Shown here in pieces: positions 44,253 through 54,606 of a DNA stretch of 64,000 bases. The translations under genes were made by a program, and so were the position numbers. Source of the DNA: Flectonema sp. DT1601. Taxonomy: Eukaryota. The notes below the pieces were generated by a model. The model did not search any database, was not told where the DNA came from, and was given only the letters and a program-made list of their open reading frames with translations. The stretch covers positions 558,001 to 622,000 of the forward strand of contig OZ025789.1 of assembly GCA_964019425.1 (NCBI GenBank), written 5' to 3'. How positions within the stretch are numbered: the stretch's first letter is position 1; every line of letters starts with the position of its first letter.

Positions 44253-44844
44253 AAATGATTTTTTTTTTTAATTTGTGATCTTTGTAAAGGAAGACACTTT
44301 CTGATAACAGTCATCATCTTCTACGGATGAAAAGAGATTAGTGTTCGGGAAAATGTCTGTCGTTATTGATCATTTCTTTCTTTTTTTTTTTTTTTTTTTT
44401 TTTTTTTTGTATTTAATTTTTTTGTAAAGAAAACTTTTTTTCGCGATTATTCCCTCAACGAACTACCTTCAGGGTGAGAACCTTTGTCGGAGATTGTGGC
44501 TGATTTTTTTTTTTTTTTTTTTTTTTCCCCCCTTTTTTTCCCCATGCGACGGCACGTGGCCCGCAATCAGTTTGTGGTTTATGTGTGATTAAGGGGTTTT
44601 ATTTGTTTTACCGTCGTGTTAGTGATTGTTAAAAACTGCTTGTTCCCTTTCCACGTGACTCAGAGTCAGTAGAATGGGTTCACTCGTTTCTAATTTCTAA
44701 TCCGATGATACGTTTTTTTTGTTGATGTATTGTTTTTCTTACAATACTTCGACGAGATATTTTTAATGCAAGCAAACTTGCAGAGAAGCAATCCCGAGAT
44801 TCTCTCTTGTTTTTTTTTTACCTTTACTCAGAATTACTCGGGGG

Positions 44845-44877
<33 letters not shown>

Positions 44878-45311
44878 CTTATATCGATCGTTCTTCCTAT
44901 ATCTGCATGCGAACCAAGCAGCTGGGTACCTGAAACCTGTTTGTTTAGGAAAAAGGAATAGCCGACTGTGAACATTTTGTATAAATCTTTCCCCCATCAA
45001 TTATCTCTGTTTGTTACCAGAGAAGCTATGAACATAATCGGAGCCATCTCATCTGAGCTTCTGTTTGATTTCATTTCTTACAAACTGGTGGTATATTGTT
45101 TGTTACCCTTCCCCATTGTTGTCGAATCCCCTTGCTGGAGAATTTAATCTTTTCTGCCGAAGTTATTAAAAAAAACACAAACACAAGTTTTTTAAACTAA
45201 AATCGTTAATTTGTTTAATGTCTTTACGATTTGATTTGATTAATGACCAGCTTTATAGAATAATACAATCATAAAACCTATTTGCGATTAAGCTGAGTAA
45301 CCATTAGACAA

Positions 45312-45461
45312 CCGTAGTGTCCCCCTTGCTTTCTTCGCTGAAGAAGGCTGGGTAAGGGGAATGGTCCGAAGAAAGATTGTTTTTCATCTTAGCCCGAAAC
45401 CAACTTGTTTGTTGTCCTACGAAAATTTGCCTTTTTTTTGATTGAACTGATAATTATTAAT
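45312..45461 (+). mobile_element. Short dispersed SINE/retrozyme-like element, copy 2, with degenerate 16-bp target-site duplication
   Basis: Near-identical to copy 1 over the first ~110 nt. Flanks are agtaaccattagacaa (45296-45311) and agtaactattggacaa (45462-45477), 14/16 identical. Confidence 0.75.
45322..45402 (+). ncRNA. Candidate permuted hammerhead ribozyme, copy 2 (first stem II pair is an A-C mismatch)
   Basis: CTGAAGA 45338-45344, GTC 45364-45366, GAAA 45396-45399. Same stems as copy 1 except G to A at 45345. Confidence 0.6.
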
Positions 45462-45889
45462 AGTAACTATTGGACAATTCACACCGGCCACCTGGTAGTC
45501 AACTACAGGGGGTGCGCTATCGCTTGGTACCCTACGCGCTTAGATATTTATGTTTTCCGTGTTTTCCCGTTTTTTTTTTTTTTGTTTGGGAAAAGTCTGC
45601 CTGGTGCACGACTTCCCATTTTAGTTAGTATTTGTTACCCCCTTTTTTTGAAATTCTTTGACAAACTGAACCTTCTTACTTTTCTATTCGTTTGTATGTT
45701 TCGTGTTTTGGTTCTTTTCAAGTTGCGGCACAGTCCGCGATCCTCGTTGTTTCCCAGTTGTTATAGTTACACCTAAATCAACTACTGATGTATTGTCCAA
45801 CAAACAGTACGTGGGAATACTTTATAACATGGTCTCACTGTTTAATAATATTTTAATTTTTTCTTTCAGAAAAAGTGCTGAAGATATTC

Positions 45890-46975
45890 ATGATGAAGTT
45901 GACAACGGAATTTGTATTATTGTTATTGTTAGTTGTTGTGATGGATGTCGGTGCGTCACCAGCACCAACAACTTTACCCGGTCTTGCGAATTGGACTTGG
46001 CCGCCACATTATTTAAATGAGACCAGTAATTCTGGTAGCGGTAGTGGTAGTGGAGATGGAGAGAAAGTAAAACCATTTTGGATGATTTTCTTTGGAATGG
46101 TTGTGGGACTGACTGCTGTTGGATCTGTTTGGATATTGAAACGAAGAGAAGAGACTAAACGGAAACGAATGCATCAAGGAGGTAGTCACGATGCTCTTCT
46201 TAATAAACAAGAAGATCACCACCTACATGAACACGATCACGTCGTAACATGTTGTCATCACGCATATGAAAAGTCAAGTGATTCAAGACGCTCATCAATC
46301 AGCAGTAATCCTGACAAAACTCTAGACAAGGTAATTGAAATAGTAAAAGCACCTGCTTATGATTCACCTAAGCATAATGACGTCCCAAAACAACAAACTC
46401 TTTCACTCGATATTGATACTGATGATAAAGTATCCAGAATGAGTACTCCTCCAAATATTAATATCTTAGCACCTGCTGGTAGGGGTGCGCCGATGTCAGA
46501 GTTGGAGTCACAGTCAGGAGTTTCTACTGCAGTTCCTTTTGTTGTTTCTGATTCTGTGAGTGTTGTACCTTCTGTGTCAGCTGTTACTGCAGCAATGAAG
46601 AAAAGTCCATCCACTGTTGGAAGAAGAGGTCCTCCAACAGCATCATCAGTAGTGTCAGCTTACCGACCAACACCTTCAGAGCTTCCTGCAGCATCTTCGG
46701 TGAGTGCTGCTTTGAGTAGACGAGGTCGTACTTCTTCAATTGCAACAACACAGAACACTCCTGCGTTATCTTCAGTTGTCGCTCCTTCAGAACCTCCAAG
46801 TGCTTCTAATATCAGTCATGCGATGCATAGAAGACCTCCGAAGATGCCGACTCGGTCTCCAGCACTTTCTACAGCTGCTCCTCCATCGTCGGTTAGCGGG
46901 CTTGCAATTAGTGTTGTTGAAACCTCAGTAATGTCAACTCCGAGTCATGTTCCTCAGGCAGCAATGCATTACTAG
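45890..46975 (+). CDS. Type I membrane protein with Ser/Pro/Ala-rich cytoplasmic tail (~361 aa)
   Basis: ATG at 45890 after ttctttcag. Signal peptide, short ectodomain with NWT and NET sequons, TM (FWMIFFGMVVGLTAVGSVWIL) followed by KRR. Confidence 0.75.
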   Translation: MMKLTTEFVLLLLLVVVMDVGASPAPTTLPGLANWTWPPHYLNETSNSGSGSGSGDGEKVKPFWMIFFGMVVGLTAVGSVWILKRREETKRKRMHQGGSHDALLNKQEDHHLHEHDHVVTCCHHAYEKSSDSRRSSISSNPDKTLDKVIEIVKAPAYDSPKHNDVPKQQTLSLDIDTDDKVSRMSTPPNINILAPAGRGAPMSELESQSGVSTAVPFVVSDSVSVVPSVSAVTAAMKKSPSTVGRRGPPTASSVVSAYRPTPSELPAASSVSAALSRRGRTSSIATTQNTPALSSVVAPSEPPSASNISHAMHRRPPKMPTRSPALSTAAPPSSVSGLAISVVETSVMSTPSHVPQAAMHY

Positions 46976-47710
46976 AATTCCATAAGGATCCGTGAACAAG
47001 GATTGAGAATAAGACTGGAGATTAATTTTCTTCTTTCTCACTCTCTCCGAATTTGTTTTATTTGTGTTGTATTAGTATCTATTGTGAGAAAAAAAAAACT
47101 ACGCGCGGGAAGTTGTCTTTTTTTCTTTTTTTCCCTTGAGAGCAGTCTTTCTCATGACAGTTCCCCGCGTTCTTTTTACTTTTTTTTTTTTGTCTTTTTC
47201 ATAAGTTTTTGTTTTATTTTATTTTTTAATACAAAGTTTTTTTTTTTTTTCTTTCCTAAAGCTGGTTGAGGTAAACAGTGCTTATAATAAAAACAACACT
47301 TTAATCAAAAAAAAAAAAAAAAAACCTCAGCAGATATAATTTCATTTCACACTTGTACCCCTTAAAAGGGATACTGGCGTTGATTACGTTTTGTTGTTTT
47401 TAACAGTACTAATTCATTGTGGCAATTGGAAAAAAAAAAAAAAAAAAAAAAAAAGAAATCTTAGTCTGGCCTTTACTTTTTGTATGTTTCGTATAATCGT
47501 TTTCTGTCTTTGGTAATCATTCGAAGATCCTTAAGTGTGATTTTTAGAGAGTATTTGTCAAAATTATTTCGTTCTTCATAAAAACACTTTTTTTTTATTA
47601 TTTTTCAGCAGCAAGACTGATAGCTTTATCTGTAAACAACATAAGTGATTTTCAAGTGGTGTAATTGTTATTTTCGATTAAAGTACCGACACAAAAAAAG
47701 AAAAAAAGAG

Positions 47711-49486
47711 ATGTCGCTATCATCAATGGCCAATGAGGAGGTCGGTCAAAAATGGACTGATTTTGGTATTGACCGAAAACTATTGCAGGGAATAAAGAAG
47801 ATGAAATTTGCAGAGCCGACACTGATTCAATCTTCAGTGATTCCACTCGCTTTGAACGGTAAAGATATATTAGCCAGAGCTTCTACGGGAAGTGGAAAAA
47901 CCGCAGCATACAGCATACCCACTTGTCATAAACTATTATCAACTTTGACTGGTAAAATGGGAAAAGGAAGTGTCGTCAGTGCTCTTATTATGGTTCCTAG
48001 CAGAGAACTTTGTCACCAAGTGGCATCTCATTTTGTTAACATTTTAAGAAGTTGTGAAGGAAGGCTTCAGGTTATGAATCTTGCAGCGATAGAACCAAAC
48101 GAATGGTCAGGAGGACGATGTGAGATTGCTGTTGGAACACCAACAGTAACATTGTCACACGTGAAGTCTGGTAATATTAAGTTATCTGAATTACAAGTGT
48201 CGGTGATTGACGAGGCAGATTGCTTATTGTCTCATCCAACTGTCAGACGACTTAGAAGTTTATACCCAACATCAACACAGTCATTCTTAATGTCTGCAAC
48301 GTTATCACCTGGTGTGTTGGAGCTTAAGCGTTTACTTCTAAATAAACCTGTTGTTGTGAAATTAGAAGAAGAAGATGAGGATGACTCCAACGATGATCAA
48401 CCTGTTCCATCAGTCGCAGACATGAAAGGGAAATATAATCCAAAGATCAGTCAGTACTATGTCCCTTGTTACAATGAGTCTGAGAAATTTTGTTTTTTAT
48501 ATTCCCTAGTCCGTCTTCAACATGTTAAGGGTAAGATTCTTATCTTCGTAGACCATATTGATAAGGCTTACAGATTGAAATTATTTTTAGATAAATTTGG
48601 TCTTCACGGAGCTGTCTTAAACAAAGACGTTCCAATGAACAGCAGAAATCATATTGTAGCGCAATACAACAGCGGTGAATACAATATCTTAATAGCTACT
48701 GAAGAGTCTGTCAAGTATACTACAAGTGAGTACTCAGTTAGCAGAGGTGTTGACTTTAGAGAAGTCAGCGCAGTAATTAATTTCGATCTCCCGCTGGATT
48801 TAACAGAAGACTCCGCCAAGGCTTACATACACAGGATTGGTAGAACTGGTAGGGCAGGTAAAGAAGGTACTGCAATCACATTTATGTCAAGAAAGTCATT
48901 GAGAGAAACAGATTCTCCGACTTGGTTATCATACATGAATGCTTACTTAGAATCAGCGGGACAGCAAATCCTCCCTCACGAATTCGCCACCAAAACTGAG
49001 GAAGCACTGAGGCTTCAGTACAGAACTGATGACGCTCTTCAGAGTATTAAAAAGAAAACAATCAAAGAAGAAAAGGTTAGAGAGCTGGTATCTGAAGCCA
49101 TGGCAAGCGAAGCCTTAAAAGAGCATTTTTCTGAAAACCCAAGAGACTTGGCTGCCTTACAACACATCGCTCCACAGAAGCCTGCAGAGCAACTAGCAGC
49201 AGCATCTCGCTCATTCGTACCGTCATATATGGGTAGCTCAGTGTCTGGTCATTTGGTTGTCGAGTCCTGCAAACACACAGACAGCGAAGACTCAGACGAA
49301 GTAACTGCTACAACTAAAAAGAATAAAGGAAAAGCAATAAAGAGAAAGAGAAAGGATCCTCTTCGAACCCTTAAAATCTCCAAGGAAGCAGAGCCTACTT
49401 CAACCGGAGGAGAGGTAGTTCGTGAAAAAAGACGCATCGTAAAGCGTATTGTCAGGAAGAAGAAGCCAGCCGTAGCCGCATCGTAG
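47711..49486 (+). CDS. DDX56: DEAD-box RNA helicase DDX56/Dbp9 (591 aa)
   Basis: PTLIQ, ASTGSGKTAAY, PSRELC, DEAD, SAT, YIHRIGRTGR. Dbp9-like EYSVSRGVDF and HFSENPRDL...VPSY; basic C-terminus. Confidence 0.88.
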   Translation: MSLSSMANEEVGQKWTDFGIDRKLLQGIKKMKFAEPTLIQSSVIPLALNGKDILARASTGSGKTAAYSIPTCHKLLSTLTGKMGKGSVVSALIMVPSRELCHQVASHFVNILRSCEGRLQVMNLAAIEPNEWSGGRCEIAVGTPTVTLSHVKSGNIKLSELQVSVIDEADCLLSHPTVRRLRSLYPTSTQSFLMSATLSPGVLELKRLLLNKPVVVKLEEEDEDDSNDDQPVPSVADMKGKYNPKISQYYVPCYNESEKFCFLYSLVRLQHVKGKILIFVDHIDKAYRLKLFLDKFGLHGAVLNKDVPMNSRNHIVAQYNSGEYNILIATEESVKYTTSEYSVSRGVDFREVSAVINFDLPLDLTEDSAKAYIHRIGRTGRAGKEGTAITFMSRKSLRETDSPTWLSYMNAYLESAGQQILPHEFATKTEEALRLQYRTDDALQSIKKKTIKEEKVRELVSEAMASEALKEHFSENPRDLAALQHIAPQKPAEQLAAASRSFVPSYMGSSVSGHLVVESCKHTDSEDSDEVTATTKKNKGKAIKRKRKDPLRTLKISKEAEPTSTGGEVVREKRRIVKRIVRKKKPAVAAS

Positions 49487-49900
49487 TCACATTGACTGAG
49501 AAACCAGTCGCTTCAAGAAAGGAAAAGTGAGACTACTGCGATGTCAGTCAATGACGTACAGCTGTTAGAGGCAGGGCTTTATTAAAAAAAATTCTGTTTG
49601 TTGAATTATCACCTGGACATTACTGCCTTGTAGTGGATTAGTAACAATTGTCAGGTTTCGTTCTATTTTCATCAGTCTCCCCCCCTCCTGAAAAACTTTT
49701 TATCTTCTGTTTTCTTCTTTTTCTATTTTTTATCCGTTGTATTTGATTGGAGTGGTTTGCCACTCTCTACGATGTTTCATCAGCTTCCCTCCAGTGACCC
49801 CGTTCCATCAGCCATTTCGTTATCATATTGTGAAGCATTAGTTTTATCACAGTAGTGAAGGTAACATGATTCATTCACTAACAGGTACTTTTTAAGAAAC

Positions 49901-52646
49901 ATGGCTGAAGCCCGTGCTGCGTGCCACCCGGTACCTGCCATAGGGCTGCATTCATTCAGAGTCGACCCTTCACTTCATAGTACGCAGGTTGCCGTGTCGA
50001 ACGATGGATTTGTGTTATACATTCCTCATCCTCGCTTTATATGGAAAAGTTTAAAGAGAGCTGTTCATTCAACCAGAACACAAGTTCAAACTTTATTGTG
50101 GCCATTACGACCTAGGTTTGTAGTTACATTCATAAGCGGGTTTGTCGCTTATGTCTGCTTGCGACCTAGAGATCATTGGTTGCGTAGTGGTCGAGTTGCT
50201 GAATTAATTTGGAAATTTGACAGTTGTCTCCCAGGCACGCATTACATACCAAATTCTTTACGTGTTGCGTATCTTTCTCTGAATACCGCGATCACAGTGA
50301 TATTGGTAACAGTGTTTAGTCAAAAGAGCTTTCTCAGATGGTTGCTATCATACCACGGATGGCTTTTCGAAGGAAGAACAAAAAGTGGATTCACAAAGTT
50401 CTGGGGAGCTTGTCTGAAATATGGATACCTCAACAGAGGTCTACTAGCAGGAAAACCACTGCTGTACAGTTTCCAACATGCTCTTCCAAGTCTTAAGCCA
50501 CCACGTGTAGAAGATACTGTATCCAGATGGCTTGAGACAGTGAGGCCCGTGATGAATGATGAAAAGTATCAGCAGGCAGAAGAAGAGGCAAACCAATTTT
50601 TAAAAAGTGGTGTCGCATCGCAATTGCAATCATTCTTGTGGAGGAAGAGTTTAATATCTAGAAACTATGTGACTGACTGGTGGATTCAATTTGTGTATCT
50701 TCGCGGAAGAAGTCCTCTATTCATTAACAGCAACTTCTACGGTATTGGTGATGGTGCTGATGAGGAGATTCCAACATCGAAACAGCTTCCGAGAGCAGCT
50801 GTTCTTGTGTATCACTGGTTACTAGCAAGGCAACTGATTGATAGAGAAAGACTTCCTCCATTGTGTATAAATGATTTGGTACCACTATGCATGGATCAGT
50901 ATCGACGTGCTTTTAATGCTTCGAGGATACCTGGAAGGGATGCTGATAGAATTCGTTCATGGGATATGGATGAATCAAGGCACTTGGTAGTAATTTATAA
51001 AGGGATTTATTATACGATGTCACCATACACTCAGGATACGGGTAGACTTCTTCAACCAACGGAGCTACTGAGATTACTTCAGGGAATTGTTGATGCTCAT
51101 GTTCCATCAGAAACTGTTACTCGAATTGGAGCCCTCACCACGATGGATCGAACAAAATGGGCCACCGTCAGAGAAGAGTTCCTCGTAGATGGAAGACTTC
51201 ACAACAGACAGACTCTGGATCAAATCGAACGCGCCATGTTCATCGTCAACCTCGATGATGATGAACCTGAAGACTTAACTACCACCAGTATGTATATTTT
51301 ATTGTGTGGTATTCTCTTACTGATGTGATTAAGCTAATACACTATAGAGTATATATCCTTACAGGTCAACTCTTGTATGGATCTCCATAATGGCTTTCAA
51401 AAGAATATCTGATTTTTAGTTTATCATTAAACTGACTTACAAACAAACAAACCAAAAATAGGTAACCTTCTCTTCTGTGGTGATGGTACCAACAGATGGT
51501 GCGATAAGAGTTTCTCTTTCGTAATCTTCAAGTATGTTATTGTTTCTTTTTTTTATTATAAATTTAATATATAAGCATCATAAAGTATACACAAAAAAAG
51601 GTCTTTTCTTTCAACACTAATTGTAATAAAACAGAAATGGTCGTGTTGGTATCCACACAGAGCACACCTGGGCTGACGCTCCAGTCATCGCTCACTTATT
51701 TGAGTGGATTCTCGCAATGGAACAGCGTAATAAGGATATTATGTACACAAAGGATGGTGATCTTTGTGAAAATATTGAACCAAAGGGAGCTGTGAAGTGG
51801 AGTGACATTGCATGGCAGACTAGAGAAGAAGGAGCTGTTGGGAGCAGTTCGTCACCAAGACCTCTTCGTATGACTCAAAGACTTCACTGGAGGATTCCAA
51901 AGGCGTTGGAACAAGAAATTGATTCAGCTGTTGAGGGAGCTCATTCCGCAATGAAAGATCTTGATTTAGAAGTATCAATGCATGATGCTTACGGAAAGGG
52001 ACTCGTTAAGAAAGCAGGCGTCTCCCCTGATGGATGGATTCAAATGGCACTCCAACTAGCATACTACCGAGACCAAGGTAAGTTTGAACTCACATATGAA
52101 AGTAGTATGACTAGATTATACCATGATGGACGTACTGAAACTATTAGATCTTGCAGTGAACAGAGTTGTGAGTTTGTTCTCGCACTGGAAAAGGGAGAGC
52201 TACCAAAAAGTGACGTCTTAGCATTGCTGAGAAAAGCTGGAGAGCATCACGTATTAAATAGCAGAAAGGCAATGGTTGGGCAAGGTGTCGACAGACATTT
52301 ATTTGCATTATACGTTGTATCAGCAGGGAAGGGTATTGACGCTCCATTCTTACAGTCAGTGATATCGAGTCCGTGGAAGTTGTCAACGTCACAGGTACCA
52401 CAGAGACAGCTTCCAAGAGGGACCTGGCCACAGAATGACGCAGGCGACCGCTACTACACTCCAAGTGGTGGTTTTGGTCCAGTTGCTGATGATGGATATG
52501 GTATTTCTTATTGTCTTTGTGGTGATTCGAGATTCTTCTTCCATGTTTCGTCAAAGAAAACCTTCCCAACTACTGACTCTGCTCGCATGCAGAAGCAGAT
52601 CCACAGAGCACTCAAGGACATGGCAAGTCTTGTTGAAGATAATTAG
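49901..52646 (+). CDS. CPT1: Carnitine O-palmitoyltransferase 1; join(49901..51287,51462..51531,51635..52646), ~822 aa
   Basis: MAEARAA start, N-terminal TM segments, PLLYSFQHALPSL, NYVTDWW..FVYLRGRSPL.INSNFY. Splicing yields NRWCDKSFSFVIFKNG...EHTWADAP (catalytic His). Also SPDGWIQMALQLA, TYESSMTRL, GRTETIRS, GVDRHL, LSTSQ, GGFGPVADDGYG. Confidence 0.93.
51288..51461 (+). other. CPT1 intron 1 (174 nt, GT-AG)
   Basis: gtatgt...ctgacttacaaacaaacaaaccaaaaatag; removal restores the conserved frame. Confidence 0.85.
51532..51634 (+). other. CPT1 intron 2 (103 nt, GT-AG)
   Basis: gtatgt...taataaaacag; removal gives FK-NGRVGIHTEHTWAD. Confidence 0.88.
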
Positions 52647-54606
52647 TAACTTCAACTCGATTGGGAGGTGTTTGTCATTTGATCGCCATGTTACAGATCC
52701 GTTTTTCCATCTTTGTTTCTTTTAGGCTTCTTTCAGCCGTTTTCCTCTTATCTTTATGCCTTTTCAATTGTTATGAACCCTTTTTAAAAAAAAAAAAAAA
52801 AAAAAAAGAAAAGGATCGGTGATGAATGTTGAGGGTAGAAATCTTGTTACAAAAAAAAAAAAATGAAAATAAAATAAAATAAAAAAAAAAAAAGGAAAAA
52901 TTTCCCTCCCCGTTCTTCGTTTTCTTTTTTTTTATTTTGAGAAATAAATAAAAAGCTGTGTAATGCGAGTGATTGTTATGATTACATCCCCTGAAAAATT
53001 CATCAAAATGGGGTGGTCAGTTTTGATAGAAGCAGAGTACTAATCATATTCCTTTCTTGATGGACTAGAACGAAAAAAAAAAAAACCAAAAAAAAAAAAC
53101 AACACAACTGAAAAAAAAAAAAAAATCATAAACTACCCTTTTCTCTAAGAACTGACATCCACTTGTCGAGACGCATATACTGTTTTTAAAAATAAAAAAC
53201 AACATAACAAAGTGCGAAAACTTTCGCAATTAACCATTTTTCAATTTCTTTTTTTTTCTTTCTTTTTCCCCTCTACCTTTTTCGACCATATAATTTCGCG
53301 AGTGTTCTTTGTTGTTGTTGGTGATTAAGATTTTGCTCTTTATATTATTATTATTTCTTTTTTTTTTTTTTTTCAATTGATGAGGTTTTATCAAAAAATT
53401 CATAGAAATTCTTCCAAAGGCAACGAAAGCATTAAAAGTATTAGCATTTCGTTATTATTTTATTGCCCTTTACTTTTTTTTTTTTTTGAATTCTTAAAGT
53501 TGTTTTTTTACTATGACAGCAGTCTTGTAGTTTTCGCGAGTGTTTTTTGTGGACAATGCGGTCTCTTCCCTTCCGGAACTTTTCGCGGCGAGTTGGTTTT
53601 TTGTGTGAGTAACAGATGGTCAGTCAGTTGTTTTTATAGAAATACTGAAATTAAGAATAAAATATTTCACCTCACGACAACTTGTTTTCGTGTGGCAATG
53701 GGTCAGAAAAACAGAACGGAGTGTTGACGATGGGTTCGTCAACACCCAAAAGAGTATCCGGAGAATGACCGGTCAGGTGGAGGCTACCTTCGCTATTCAA
53801 TCAAAAAAAAAAAAATAAAAAAAGTTATTATTTTATTCAGAAGACCCCCTGCTCTCAATGAGTGTAATCTTTTTATCTTATCGTTTGTCTTCTTACGTAA
53901 GACTTGCGAACAGAAATGACAAGTGTCGATCTGTCAGCCTTTTTTGTTTAAGTCTACGGATGTGCACAACAAGAACCATAATGTGCTGCCTTAGGCTTAT
54001 CCACTATATAAAGCGAGTGTGTGAAGCTATGTCGATGAGCGATCCTTGCTTGTTTTGATATACAAAAATACAGTTTTTTTTGGCTGTAAATTCTTTTTTT
54101 TCCCTCTCGTTGGAGAATTACATTAAGAGTCTTCTTCACAGCATTACCGCAAAGTGATGGGTGAGGCCAATTGAGACTTTTTTTTTTGTCATTCAAAAAA
54201 AAAAAATGAGAGTTATATCTCAAAACATAACACTTAGCAAGCTACTTCTATTCTACCCCCTTTTTATTTTTTTTTCCATTTTCGAAAAAAAAACAAAAAA
54301 GAAGGAATTGAGGGTGCTGAAGCTTCGACAAGAGGAGGAACGTTCCCAAAGCCCCGTCCTCCTGTTGTCCCCCTCTTAATCTATAAATAGGACGTTATCC
54401 CGTTATAAAGGGGTACTTCCATTACGTATTCAGAGTATATATAGCTGCTGCGAAATAAACACAGACAATGACATACATTTCTAAACAGATGTGCATATTA
54501 TGGAGCAAGAATTGGTTGAGTGTTTTGTGCGACGATTCTTTTATTTTTTTTTTATTTTCCCACAGATTTCACAGTTAATCCGAAAGTTATTAAAATCTCA
54601 CATAAA

